From Eledone cirrhosa (lineage: Eukaryota): a stretch of DNA of 64,000 bases. Below, piece by piece: positions 44,810 to 58,528 of this stretch (the first letter of the stretch is position 1; each line of letters begins with the position of its first letter). The position numbers were made by a program, and so were the translations under genes. The stretch spans positions 36,208,001 through 36,272,000 of the forward strand of contig OZ024747.1 in NCBI GenBank assembly GCA_964016885.1. The letters run 5' to 3'. A model generated the notes under the pieces. That model made no database searches and was not told the DNA's origin. It saw nothing but the letters and a program-made list of their open reading frames with translations.

Positions 44810-47581
44810 TATGGCGTTTTTGGTGTCGCTTGGACAATATGTGCTTGTTATTGGCGTTGGGCAGAGATAATCGCCGTCTAAACGGACACATTAATATACG
44901 AACGATTACTCAATATGAAATACAGAGAGATGCGTTTTAAGAACGATTTATAGTATTTCAAAGGTTTTGATATCGGTTGCTTGTATATATGAATTATTGT
45001 AACTACTCGAGGATACAGGAGCACCCAGAATCACTTTAACTACATTGACAAACATGACAATCACTATTCACATCCATGATACATCTAACGAGGTTTGTCA
45101 TTACATGTAGTTAAACAAGAGAAACTCTATTCTTTAATACCCCCCCCCCCCTTCTCTCTCTCACTTTCATCATTTATGTATGTAACACATTTCTAGATGA
45201 ATTAAGTATTCTAGCCGCTATGATGCATTTCCATCTAAACATGCATATTTGCATTCGTAAGATGAGTGCATTAGTGAGCTTTTGAAGACATAATTGAATT
45301 ACCAACATTCAATAGAAATATCAGCACATCACAAATACAAAAAATTCATAAACAAACTACTATTTCATTTCAAATCTAATATATTTCTTTTTTTTATTCA
45401 GTCACTCTAATATATATCAGGAAGGGCTGACTGATTTATGTATATTGAAATATAAATAACTGTCAAAAACACAATATATGTTGCATATACAGAAATCAGT
45501 AATGTCTCGAAAGCGATAATCTTTTGAGATTCTCCGTTTTGATGTTATAGTACACTCAAAATTCGTTTCCAAGACATTCATCTGATAAGATCTAATGCCA
45601 TTTGGGCGTCTAGAGAGCGAAATGAATCTGTATGAGATACGGCTTTCCAAACAACTATTCCGACTTAATGGTTTCTCAGGAACAAATCCAACAATTTAGG
45701 GAGATGAGAAAGCCGAGTTTCGGGTTTAGATCTTCAAATGATTCTATTCGTCACACGGGGATGCACCTCCCCAGAGAGAGAAACATTGAAGACGCGTTGC
45801 TGATAGCATTATTATATTGACAACAAACGCATCATTATTTAACAAGAGCATGCATTAGTTTGAAGACTTGACATTCCCTCCAGACCCTACGCCAAGATGG
45901 TTCTTATCTAATCCGATAGGTGTACAGAAAGGGTATAGCTGTGTGTAGAAGATTTGTGTAATGCATCAAGAATGATTATACATTTTTAGCTACAGCCTCA
46001 CTGAAAAGAGTGACATAATTAGAAATTTTCGACAACGTGTTGACGTCAAAACACATCGAAATTTTTTTTGTTTTTTTGCTTTTGCTACTCTGACATGTAG
46101 TTAAACAACATGATTCATATTCTGGAATTTAACAGGAAATTAATTTTCTTGCGAGATAGCGACAGTAATGATAAGCCCCAATCTGTCTGCAACTATGATT
46201 TATTTTGAAATACTTCTTAGAAGAACAAGGACTTTAAGGCATATTGATGAATGGTTTGTGACACATGTTTTATTGGATCTTATGACTTCAGTGCAGTGCA
46301 AATGCAGCCAAGAATATATGCTTCAAAATGCGGCAATATGATGTATATTTCCTTAAACGTTAAGTAGATACTTACGAGTAAAAAAAATAACAAAACTTTG
46401 AAACATGAATAGTAAATTTCCTTCGTCAGGAGTTTTATGCGATAGTAGAAATGCAATTTTATTACAGCATTAAATGTTTCAAACTCCATCCGTCTTATAT
46501 ATATAGACATATGCGATATATTTAGTTTTTAAAGCCAATATGATAATATAGGATTTTATAACGCATACAGAAGAAAAAGTGCATAAAATACTAATAGTCT
46601 CGAAATTGTTATGTGCTCCTGCAATAACTCTTCTGCAAGTTCTAGACAGGTAATTTGCTTATCAGTCACATTGGAGAACTTTTACGTGAGGAAATTGCTT
46701 ACAAATGCAGATAGATGCACGTATGCTTTTACGTTTACACACATAATACAAACAAAGCACGCGTCTGTAATTGCAGCACGCATAGATACAATCAAAATAG
46801 AAAGAACTAAGGTTCTCATACTAAGATATTATCTTGACATGTACAAGATCAACGAGTTTTGTTCTTAACGTTACATATATTTCTCAGTGGATTTAGAATT
46901 TATCAAAGTTTCCGTGACAGATCTTGGAATGAATAGAGATATAATATCGATGTCTGTGTGTCAAACAATTGTATTTCAATATACCACATCCGTGCAATTA
47001 TTCAACAAAGATCTTTATGCGTCATAGTATATTTTATGGATTACATTTCAGGAATAATATTTGTTTTCATTTCCGTATTGAATATCCGGTTTTAAATGCC
47101 ATCGCTATCTCGATTGTTCACATGATAAAACAGCGGTTAGGTATTTCAAACTAACAATGTTTATATTCCTTCATCCATCACATTTCTCCGTGGTTATCAT
47201 TTCCCATCCATCAGTGTCAAGAAAATCAATCCAGTTTTCTCCTTTATGTTTAGAAGAAAATATTTTCTGTACATGTATTTTTGATTACGTTATTGTTTCA
47301 AATAAAAAAGCTGATTCATAGAAATAGTCCCATAACAAATTATATTTATATTATCCTATTTCCAACCCATTTCATGATTTGAAATATCATCTCACGTTCA
47401 CATTTTGTGTTGTTTCATGAATATATAAAAAATAAATGAGTTAATTATTACAGTTGTTTGCAGCCATACAATTAGCGGACGCTAATATAATACTTATGTA
47501 GATAAACTGAATATCGAAATACTAAGCAAGCATCAAGTTCAAGAAAATCAAACTATCCAGTTGTTGTCTTCCTGTTTCTTC

Positions 47582-50500
47582 TACAACAACTAAAACGGTA
47601 CGCGATGGGGCCCACCCACAGCCCCGGCGGACAGAATGGAGAAGGCTTTTCCCCGGACGACGGAAATGGAAACGCGCTTGAAGAGCCACTCCAACATGCG
47701 GGGCTCACAACTGCGCTTGACCAGCTCAGCGCCTATGGTGGTGAGCAAGGAGGTAGCCCTGGGCCCGAGGACACCAGAAGTCTACACTGCCAGGGGTACG
47801 ACCGCAAACCTGTCGGAGAGCGAGCGGTATTTGAGGGGTTTGGCCCCTCAGCGCGACGTGCAGCAGAACCTGGGTCAGTCACACACTCACCAGGTTGCGG
47901 CTGCAGAAAGTGTCGGTGCAAGTGGCTTCCCAGACGAGGTATTTGCCACCGCGGAACGGGAAGATGGTCATGCCATCTGGCCTTTTGCCGACACCTCGAT
48001 CCATCCCCACCAGCTCGAGGTGGGAAGGGAAGCCTGCAGCGTCCAAGCCATGCTTAATGACCTCGTTCAGGGCAGCATGGCGTGGAATGCGTCCGGCATT
48101 GTGGCGACAGGAAAGCGAGTGGAGGCCGAAAGAGTCCACGTTGGAACCTCAGTGAGATTGGTGGGGCTGGCAGATCCGGAGGCTGAGCCTCAGGGAAACG
48201 CCGATACGCAGGCTATGTTTGTCTAGCTGCGTGCCAGTGGAGAAGGAGGGCAGGGCTTGTAACCAGGCTCCACTGTGGAGTTTGGAGGCCGCACGAAAAC
48301 AAGCAAGGCGGTGCTGGTCGAGCTGGCGCGTGAGCTTGTCTGAGGCCAAGCTGCACTGGATGGCATCTCAAGTGCGTTGGGGGGACTTGACGTCAACAGG
48401 GAAAGAAGAATGAGGGACGTCTACTGGGCTAAGTCCCAGCCGGTCTCACGTCTCACATGCGACCTCACGTTCTCTGAGCACACCGGGTTCTGTTGTGTTT
48501 TTAAGAACCCTGCTGACGAGGACGCGGCACGAGGTTACCGATGAAAGATACTCCGGCAAAGCTAGTGAGTTTGGGGACCGGAGGCCAAGGCCACCATACC
48601 TGACAGGTAAAGTGGCCTGTTGCCACCCTATGTCATCAAACTTGACGTTGCATATCTCCTCGGCCGCTGCTCGGATACAAGTATCGAGGTCAGCGAGGAG
48701 AGATGTCTGGGTGTAGCACGGAGCGCTGCGGAGTGTATAGAGGAGTTTGGGCATGGCGAAGCAGTTCCTCAGCAGAAAGAGAGCTGGGTGGCCGTCAATG
48801 AAGCCCAGTCGGCTCGTGAGAATCTGGAGCTGTTGAAGTCTGGACCTGATGGCGGAGCGGATGGCCGGCGAGTGGATCGGTGACCCGAGGATGAGTACAT
48901 CCCCTTTGGGGGTCACCTGAACCTGGCGGAGAATGGACCGCACGTACAAGACGGAGGCTGCAAATCTCGCAGCATCGAGGCTAACATTCACCACCGCCGA
49001 CTTGGCCGAATTGACCTGGCGGCCGATTCCCGCCAGGGCAGGAACAACCGATTGAAGGTCATGGCAGACCGTCCATACGGGGCCGCTCAATGTATCGTCA
49101 TCCAGATACCAAACGTTGAGAGGGGCCGTGATACACGGCAGCTGTGGCCAATACAAAGGGAGAACAGGAGGGGTCCCAAAGGGTGGCCCTTTGGACCCCA
49201 GTAGCAGAGGGTATGACCGTATCAGCACCAAGGAGCATGCTCGTGGCTCCATAAGACAGGAAGGCCAGCGGGTAGGCAGCGAAGGCTCGGCTCAGAGAAG
49301 GTCTGGAGCAGATGATCCCGGCGTAAAGATTTGAAGACATTCCTCATGTCAAGCTTGTCATTGAGATGTCTGTAGTCCCTGGATGCCGGTTCCGATGCGA
49401 AGCTGCTGAAGAACTGCCTGATTGCATGAGCGGCCCCCTCAGAGCCACCGGACACGCCGACACTTGCACCGGACTAAATTCCTCAACCAGTTCGTGTGTT
49501 ACGGACTTGCAGATCACCTTGGCAGCCAGCCTCCGGAAGAGATTTCCCACAGCGACGGGGCGTATGCCACCCTCTTTCTTCCTGAGAGCGGTGAGGCTAG
49601 TCGAAAAAAAGAGGCCTCGGTCGTAAGGGTCCAAGGCGCCATGGATAAGCCTAATGGTGAGCGCCATAATTGCACTCAGAAGGCGGCGCCTGGCCTAAGC
49701 GGAGAGGGGATATCAACTCCTTGAGGTGGTCTGGTCAGAGACCATCAACACTTCCGCAGCTGCTAAATGGGAAGGACCTGAGTGCGGACATGATGTCTGC
49801 ATCAGAAGCCACAAGGAGCAAGTGGGGGTCGGGTGGGGGTGAGTCTTAGATCAGTGGGTGACTCAGTGTGTTTGATTCGCAGAGCAGCCAGGACCTCCTA
49901 GGTGGGTTGGACGACAGTGTCCTCTGAGGTAACAACGCTGACTGCGGCCGAGATATCACCCATGATAAGCTTGGCGTTTACATGTTCACGCAAACGCGGA
50001 TGTGGAGGATAGGGGGTACCTGATGGCGGGGTGTGTGGCGTCCCTGGGCACGCTTGGAATGGGCGCTCGGCCAAATGACGAGACATTGGCCTTGACGAAG
50101 GCTGCTGTTGACCGGCCGCCCCGGTCAGATCCAGAGCTAGGGAGACCGAGGGCGAGTGGGGCGAAATAGAACAGCCGCTCCCTGTCACTGGCTCGATTGG
50201 AGTCCAGGGCGCTCTCAATCGTGCAAGAGAGTGCATCGGCTACCGGCACCCGTGCCGCTCTCGGGATCCTGAGTGTGATTTCCGGAGCCGCTTGAGACGA
50301 GCGATGTTGACCAGCGAGGCTTGGGCGCCAGGGAAGCTGGCTGTCGCAGCTGGTGGTGTGCCAGACGGCCGTGGCTGGGAAGACGTGGGAAGAGGCAGCT
50401 CCTGCACCTCCACGATGCGACGGCATTGGAAGCTCGACGAGTTAAGCCAACGCAGATGAGGTGGTGGAAACAGCCGCACCCCAAACAGTTCCGGCCCCTC

Positions 50501-50660
50501 TTCCATTTGTTAGTGGTGCTGCAAGTGCTGTAGGTGTCCGCTTGGAGGGGTGGAGGATCGGGCGTGGGGCCGGGGACTGAGCAACGAGCGACTTCAGGGT
50601 GGGTCGCTGGTGTGTGTGGGTGGAAAAGAAAGTGCTGGTAAGAGGGCCTCTTAGCTCACC
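47582..50660 (-). mobile_element. CRE-clade RLE non-LTR retrotransposon, near full length, frameshifted
   Basis: LTALRKKEGGIRPVAVGNLFRRLAAK, GGSEGAAHAIR, KLDMRN, SATGVQ, WYLDD, QATLPVRYGGLG, SGAWL.ALP, HSLSC...RH, KRPDG...LVW. GC-rich island starting after (TA)5. Confidence 0.85.
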
Positions 50661-50917
50661 TATATATATAGAGATGTCAGAAAACAATAGAGAACAGAAT
50701 CGCCTGCATGGAGGGGGACGTTGAAGATTAGGTTGTAAATGAATAAGCATTAAAATGTATGAATTTGTATCGAGAAATACATTCATCCGCACATATATTA
50801 TATTTCAATCCACTTCTCTATATATGTGTCTATGCACACAGACAACATATCATATATATGTATGGGTGTGTACAACGCACCCATATGTATATATATATAT
50901 GTATATATATATTTATA

Positions 50918-51532
50918 TTAGAATTGGTGCTCTGAAATAGCGATATATATATGAATGTATATATAGTGTATTTTGCAATACACTGTATGCTTAATTAAAA
51001 GCATTTCGAAGAGATTACGCTATTGTTTTAGAGTAGTGACAGTCTCACTTACTTTAAATTTTCAGCAAACAGGGGATATAAAGCTGACATAGATCTGTTT
51101 CGTACTTTTTGGTACTTATCAAAGCTAAGTACTCCACCTGTTTGGTGAAAATCATGAATGTTTGATTCTTATAGAATTCTAGTAATAATCAGGAACTGAT
51201 TAAACAGAACGATTGCCGGTCAAGCAGAAATTGAAAATTAGAATTAGTGCTCTGAAATAGCGATATATATATGAATTTCTGCTTGACCGGCAACCGCTCT
51301 GTATAACCAGTTCCTGATTATTACTAGAGTTCTATAAGAATCAACCATTCAAGATTTTCAGTAAACAGGTGGAGTACTTAGCTTTGATAAGTACCAAAAA
51401 GTATTAAACAGAGCTCTGTCAGCTTTATCTCCCCTGTTTGCTGAAAATGTAAAGTAAGTGAGACTGTCACTACTCTAAAACAATAGCGTAAGGTCTTCGA
51501 AATGCTTTCTATTAAGCATACAGTGTATTGCA
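50918..51532. mobile_element. 320-bp retrozyme-like monomer with partial direct repeat and inverted copy (arms 50974-51232 / 51274-51532)
   Basis: gaatt.gtgctctgaaatagcgatatatatatgaat at 50921 and 51241 (period 320). The arms are reverse complements. TA-rich flanks. Confidence 0.8.
51082..51126 (-). ncRNA. Type I hammerhead with U3-A8 variant core
   Basis: Minus strand: AGCU UUGAUAA GUAC-CAAAAA-GUAC GAAA CAGAUCUAUG UC AGCU, with long distal stem I over 51058-51152. Mirror 51380-51424 (+) has perfect stem III CAGAGCUCUG but has lost G12. Confidence 0.7.
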
Positions 51533-51549
51533 TAATTCCCTATATATAC

Positions 51550-52127
<578 letters not shown>

Positions 52128-52129
52128 CT

Positions 52130-52521
52130 ATAATATAAGATCAAAAGATGGTTAAAGGAGTTCCATATATTTTATTATGCGCATTTCAAAAACAAACATC
52201 ATCAAGCAATAATATTTGTGTTTTCATCAGATAAAACAGGAGAACATGATATGAAGGCTAAAAAACACTTGTTGATAGTGCAGTTTTAAATCAACAAGTG
52301 TTTTTTAGCCTTCATATCATGTTCTCCTGTTTTATCTGATGAAAACACAAATATTATTGCTTGATGATGTTTGTTTTTGAAATGCGCATAATAAAATATA
52401 TGGAACTCCTTTAACCATCTTTTGATCTTATATTATGCATTCTCCAGTCCCACAAACTGTAGAGTGCTTCTTATCCGATATCTGCATTGCTTTATTGTAC
52501 TACAATAAAACTCACCTCCTA
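52130..52521. mobile_element. Perfect fold-back element (147-bp arms 52130-52276 / 52290-52436) plus ~85-nt tail, in (TA)n
   Basis: Arms read as exact reverse complements with a 13-nt spacer. The unpaired tail ends in TA repeats. Confidence 0.88.
52330..52396 (+). ncRNA. Type I hammerhead, intact core (mirror 52170-52236 on minus)
   Basis: UUUUAU CUGAUGA [AAACACAAAUAUUAUU-GCUU-GAUGAUGUUUGUUUUU] GAAA UGCGCA UA AUAAAA. Palindromic stem III, predicted cut after 52390. Confidence 0.8.
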
Positions 52522-52930
52522 AATATATATATATATATATATATAGACGTATGTATGTATGAATATATGCATATATTATATAGAGGTGTGTTTTGTGGTT
52601 GAGGTTGTGTGCGGTTCAAGGGAGTGTTATATAAAAATGAGATGATGTGAGACGAAAGTAATGAAGTGAAAAGAATAGACTTGAGGAAAGATGGGTATAG
52701 GGAAATAAACGGAAAAAAAACAAATTAAATCTAGATAAACTTGGTTCTACGAACTGTCAACCAGACCACAACGAGTGAGAGAAATTTAACACAGGACATC
52801 CCCGACTGCAGTATACCAATACGGGGAGGAATGTGGGGGGCCATATGAAATATAAATAACTGCGGAATAGAGCCAAACACATTCACATACACACGCAAGC
52901 ACACACACACACACACACACATACACACAC

Positions 52931-52963
<33 letters not shown>

Positions 52964-53077
52964 CCATCAGTTCTTCGAGAAGAGAAAACCATACTTCGGG
53001 ACTGGGCATATCAAAAATAACAGAGGAAAACTTTTTTTCCATCATTATGGTTGATGTTTTTTTCTGTTCAAGTTCTA

Positions 53078-53136
53078 GCTGTCTGATGAAGTCATAGCTG
53101 TTGAATAATGGTTATCTTCAAAATATATATAACAGC
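53078..53136 (+). ncRNA. Decayed type I hammerhead (G12A)
   Basis: GCUGU CUGAUGA ...AUAGCUGUU-GAAU-AAUGGUUAU... cAAAA UAUAUA UA ACAGC, followed by ~145 nt and then (TA)n. Confidence 0.6.
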
Positions 53137-54581
53137 GAATATGGATAATCGAAGTTATTTTTAACTTGTTGACTTACACTGCTTGTTTTTAAATTACTCT
53201 GGGGTAAGCAGACCAACCAGCAACACTTCGTCGTGTGCTTTAGGTTGCATATTGAAGGGTTGGTAACTAACCAACACATACTAATATATATATATATATA
53301 TATAATTGTGTGTGTGTGTGTGTTGGTGTGTGTATGCGTGTTTATGTGTGTGTGTGTTGTGTGTGTGTGTATGTGTGTGTGTGTGTGGGGGGGGGGGGGT
53401 ATGTGTGTTTGTGTGTGTGTGTGCATTTGTATTTGTGTTTGTTAGCCGAAGCTCTCTTAGTTTCACGATTTATACGAAACGAAACATTATGTATCACCGT
53501 ATCGGACGTTGGTTCTTCACTAGGAACAATTAGATAACGTAGATGATAGAGATCGGCAGATTAGAAGAGAAATTTCAAGAATTAACAACTATCTAGTTCA
53601 CTCTCTTATTCTTACGATTTTGAATGTTGCATAGAGTGATGGCTAGGATAATGCTAACGAAAATGGAAGTAAAGTGATAGAAACATAGGCAAACATACAA
53701 ATCCTAATTATAGAAGAAAATGTAAATTAATGTTTTAAAAAGTGTCGTGAGAAGAGTGGTAGTGCAGCAGATATTTACTAAAGTGAATGAAATGGTATTT
53801 CGTGTAGTAGCTATGTGGGGATTGCTGCTAAAGTGCATAGGATGCGCTTAAATTACCGGGAGTTCTGGACCGAATGCTTTGCGGACATATCGTTGTCGTT
53901 TGAGGCGGTATTCTCCCCACACCTAACCTGTTTTGGGTCTTGATCACGAGGGATGACTGACATATGCCTCCCGGCGCGTTTTATCGACGGCCATTATGTT
54001 ATCTCTATCTACAATTATAAGAATAGCAGTATCTGACGAATTGAAATTACGAGAAAATGTATTATAGTACCTGATACGCTGGCTCTCTGACAACGACTTA
54101 AGCAACCAGCGAACTCACTAAATGCCAGACATGCTCATCAATTTATTTGGTTCTACTCTGAATACTTCTTTGTCAGTAACATAGATACTCCTCAGATAAA
54201 AAATATATAGTCGAATAAATTTGCTACATATATATCAGCTGTTCCTCTATATTTATTTCAAATCTATCGTCGTTCAGTTTTGACTTTATTCAGAACCTGT
54301 TGAAGGAAAAGATTTCCAATTTTGTGTGCACTAGTATCAGAATAAATGAAGCTAGGACATGAGGACTCGCGTTATTTCATCCAGTAGTTGATGATCCGAA
54401 GGTGACAACTAAAGGAAATTAATGCCAAAATTGAATAGCCATGGATTTTTATCAAGATACATCTTTGGCATCCAGAGAGAAGAAACAGCTATGCATAGCT
54501 AGAGGTTTATGCGAAACACAATGGTGCCTTGATAATAGAGACATGCATACATGTGTGTGCGTATGTATCTAGGAGTGCCTG

Positions 54582-54683
<102 letters not shown>

Positions 54684-54684
54684 A

Positions 54685-54806
<122 letters not shown>

Positions 54807-54831
54807 GTGAGGTCAAGTATGTTATAAATAG

Positions 54832-54880
54832 TTGCTCCGAAGGATCCAAACCTCGGTTTGGAGGAAACAATTGTAAGCAA
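54832..54880 (+). ncRNA. Variant or decayed type I hammerhead
   Basis: UUGCU CCGAAGG A-UCCAAAC-CUCG-GUUUGGA-G GAAA CAAUUG UA AGCAA. Three well-paired stems, palindromic stem III, core U4C/A9G. Confidence 0.62.
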
Positions 54881-54955
54881 ATAAATGACTTGTAAATTAA
54901 CAAACACCTAATAAAGGTGGCACATACATGCTAACTGTATGAAACATTCTTTTAT

Positions 54956-55142
54956 GGTGGATTGGCAGTATCGGTAGAGGGTCGGACGCCATGCTTTGAC
55001 AAATAGATTTACGGCCCTTGCCATTCTGAGTTAAAATCCACCCGAGGTTAACTTTGCCTTTCATCCTTACGAGGTCTATAAAATAAAGTACCAGTAATGT
55101 AGTGGATAATTGCTGGCCGCGTGCCTAAAATAGAAACAATTA
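54956..55142 (+). mobile_element. SINE, full length, ending in (TA)n
   Basis: Same family as 19419-19608. Confidence 0.85.
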
Positions 55143-55146
55143 TATA

Positions 55147-55861
55147 TATATATATGTGAATATAGACATAGAATATTCGAAAATATTCTGTATGTTTATA
55201 ATAAACATTTTGAAGACCTAATCGCTATAGAATAGAATACGTCACGTATTACAATTAGATTCTCGATAAAAGCAAGGGAAGTAATCTACGCGTTTCATTC
55301 TTATTAGAAATCTTCAGGACTACATATCCAGTGCTTTTATCGAGAATGACACAGCTAGAGACTTATAGAATACTTAGCTGTGTACAGGAACTGGTTTGAA
55401 AGAGCGGTTGCCGGTCCGGCAGAAATTAGAAATTGGAATAAATGCTCTGAAATAGCGATATATATGTGAATATAGACATAGAATATTCGAAAATATTCTG
55501 TATGTTTATAATAAACATTTTGAAGACCTAATCGCTATAGAATAGAATACGTCACGTATTACAATTAGATTCTCGATAAAAGCAAGGGAAGTAATCTACG
55601 CGTTTCATTCTTATTAGAAATCTTCAGGACTATGTTTATTATAAACATACAGAATATTTTCGAATGTAGTCCTGAAGATTTCTAATAAGAATGAAACGCG
55701 TAGATTACTTCCCTTGCTTTTATCGAGAATCTAATTGTAATACGTGACGTATTCTATTCTATAGCGATTAGGTCTTCAAAATGTTTATTATAAACATACA
55801 GAATATTTTCGAATATTCTATGTCTATATTCACATATATATCGCTATTTCAGAGCATTTAT

Positions 55862-55867
<6 letters not shown>
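55147..55867. mobile_element. 310-bp retrozyme-like tandem repeat with inverted copy (arms 55432-55632 / 55667-55867)
   Basis: tatatgtgaatatagacatag at 55151 and 55461 (period 310). Copies look identical. (TA)n at both ends. Confidence 0.88.
55281..55323 (-). ncRNA. Type I hammerhead (also 55591-55632 minus and 55666-55708 plus)
   Basis: GUAGUC CUGAAGA U-UUCU-AAUA-AGAA-U GAAA CGCG UA GAUUAC. 16-bp distal stem I auucucgauaaaagca / ugcuuuuaucgagaau (55259-55347). Confidence 0.8.
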
Positions 55868-55896
<29 letters not shown>

Positions 55897-55904
<8 letters not shown>

Positions 55905-56948
55905 TATAGAGAAAAATACTGCAGGTAGCACATGGTAACATGTAATAAAATACGTCCCTCATCAGTGATTTGCCGAAGATCATAGATATTTCATTGCATT
56001 AAAAATCATATATCTCACTTCGGTGCAATAATAACCAAAATAAGTTATTAGGACAATTAAAACGCGTAAAGCGAGTGAGACAAGGGAACAACAGAAAAGA
56101 TAGCATACCGTGGGAGAGAAACAAGCTTCAAAAATTATTCTGTTAGCGTAAGCTAGGTGAATATATGAGCGCTAGGGAAAGAATAGTCCAGCACGAACGA
56201 ATGCCATTGAGCAGAGAGAGAAAAAATAGCGTCCGTGAGTGCAGGATGAAATGAAGAGAAGAGGGAGAAAAACAGTGAGTGAGTGAAAGTGTGGGGAAGA
56301 GTTAACGGACAAGACAGAGGGGGAGAAACAGAGAATGGGGGAACAGTAAGAGAGAGAGAAAAAACACAGAATCGCAGTGGTAAATATATGTATTAAAATA
56401 TAGAGAAAAATACTGCAGGTAGCACATGGTAACATGTAATAAAATACGTCCCTCATCAGTGATTTGCCGAAGATCATAGATATTTCATTGCATTAAAAAT
56501 CATATATCTCACTTCGGTGCAATAATAACCAAAATAAGTTATTAGGACAATTAAAACGCGTAAAGCGAGTGAGACAGGGGAACAACAGAAAAGATAGCAT
56601 ACCGTGGGAGAGAAACAAGCTTCAAAAATTATTCTGTTAGCGTAAGCTAGGTGAATATATGAGCGCTAGGGAAAGAATAGTCCAGCACGAACGAATGCCA
56701 TTGAGCAGAGAGAGAAAAAATAGCGTCCGTGAGTGCAGGATGAAATGAAGAGAAGAGGGAGAAAAACAGTGAGTGAGTGAAAGTGTGAGGAAGAGTTAAC
56801 GGACAAGACAGAGGGGGAGAAACAGAGAGAATGGGGGAACAGTAAGAGAGAGAGAAAAAACACAGAATCGCAGTGGTAAATATATGTATTAAAATATAGA
56901 GAAAAATACTGCAGGTAGCACATGGTAACATGTAATAAAATACGTCCC
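55897..56948. repeat. ~495-bp tandem repeat x2.1 between (TA)n tracts
   Basis: aaaatatagagaaaaatactgcagg at 55901, 56395 and 56891. Confidence 0.93.
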
Positions 56949-56953
56949 ACACA

Positions 56954-56987
<34 letters not shown>

Positions 56988-57298
56988 TGTGTGTGTGTCT
57001 GCGCGCATGTGTGTGTGCATGCATTCACAGACACACACGCTCACACAAACACACAGTTATATATGCATATACTATTTCACGCGGGAGCCTGTTGATATAT
57101 ACGTATAACGTGTATTTATGCATGTAGTTATGAAACGTTGAATCAATAAACTGAAGTATAATATACTTGACTTAAAATCTGTTGATAGATCAATAGACAG
57201 ATAGATGAATATATTGATAGTTAGCTTGATTGATTCATCAACTGATACACATATACCATGACGGCAATGAATGCATCAAATATTCAGTTTTAAAATAG

Positions 57299-57359
57299 CA
57301 ACATAAACTATATGTATTAGATTTGTGGCCCAAATCTAATACATATAGTTCTTATGTTG
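57299..57359. repeat. Short hairpin, ~27-bp arms
   Basis: caacataaactatatgtattagatttg tggcc caaatctaatacatatagttcttatgttg. Confidence 0.85.
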
Positions 57360-58528
57360 GCAGACAAACTATTTGTGTTGGTCCGCTAATCTTTTTTATT
57401 ATTCAAGAAATAGAATATATAATAAAAATGGAATTATTTATATGATGTTGGTCTTTTGCTCCACATTGAATATGTTTATAGGTGTTTTTAGCAAGTGATG
57501 TGTCTCAAAGCGTATATAATGTAACTGCGTAGAAGTCACTTACGCGGAAAGAGCCCAATGAGCAGTTTGATTTATTTATATCTAGGGTAATGCACATTCA
57601 CTAGAAAAGAAAATTGCTACTAATCAATCTATAGAAATGTTTGACTAGAAACAAGTTGTTTTCATTTGTTTTCAAACAAATAATTTGTTGTTCTTCATTT
57701 AACGTCAAAATGAGTTTCTACATCATGCGAAAAGTCATGTATAGCAGAAATGATGCTTCAATTGATATAGCTTTAGCTGTGGAACGGTATGGAAATGAAG
57801 ACAAATTACATTATTCCTTCAGTGACCTATATGTCATTCCATTTTAAATAAAGGAAAAATCTTACATAACATCAGAGCTTTCAGCACAGCATTGAAATGC
57901 TTTATATTGCTTTCTTGCACCTTCATTTCTCCGTACTCTATAATGTAATGTTTAATACTACGTAATATTTATTGTACTGCTAGAAATATTATGATTCAAA
58001 GTTATCTAAACGTAGCAAGGGTTCTAAGCATAATTCTACTAGTTAAGGAGATTAATTTCTTACTTCATAAGAAAAGTATCTAATTCCTATATCAGAATAT
58101 CTGTGTCATCTCTATCAGAAAAATGTTCGGAAATAACGACAATAATAATTAAATTTCAATCATGGAAAACTTTCAATCTCAGAAAATAGGATTATTAATC
58201 TTGGTATAATATAGGCTCTATATTTGAAAGGGTGTGCCTGGATGTGTGTATGTCACCGAAACACCCAAAATGGTGCGTCATACAGACAATGCACATAGTT
58301 GATACGGATATAAGATTACACATATTTATTTTACATATCCAAAATATTTGTTTCTGTTAATAGAGAATGCTACATGAATATATAACAACAATAAATACCC
58401 GATAATATTGAGTACTCATAACAATATACACCTGATCATGTTTAACGCAATCCCTTTGATTATTAGAATGGATTGTAAATAAAATATGTTGAGTTGCTAC
58501 AAATTCAGCGGATATTTATCTTAATAAT

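Noticed and set aside
47605-49626. Plus-strand ORFs in the GC-rich island
   Set aside because: Antisense shadows of the CRE-like ORF.
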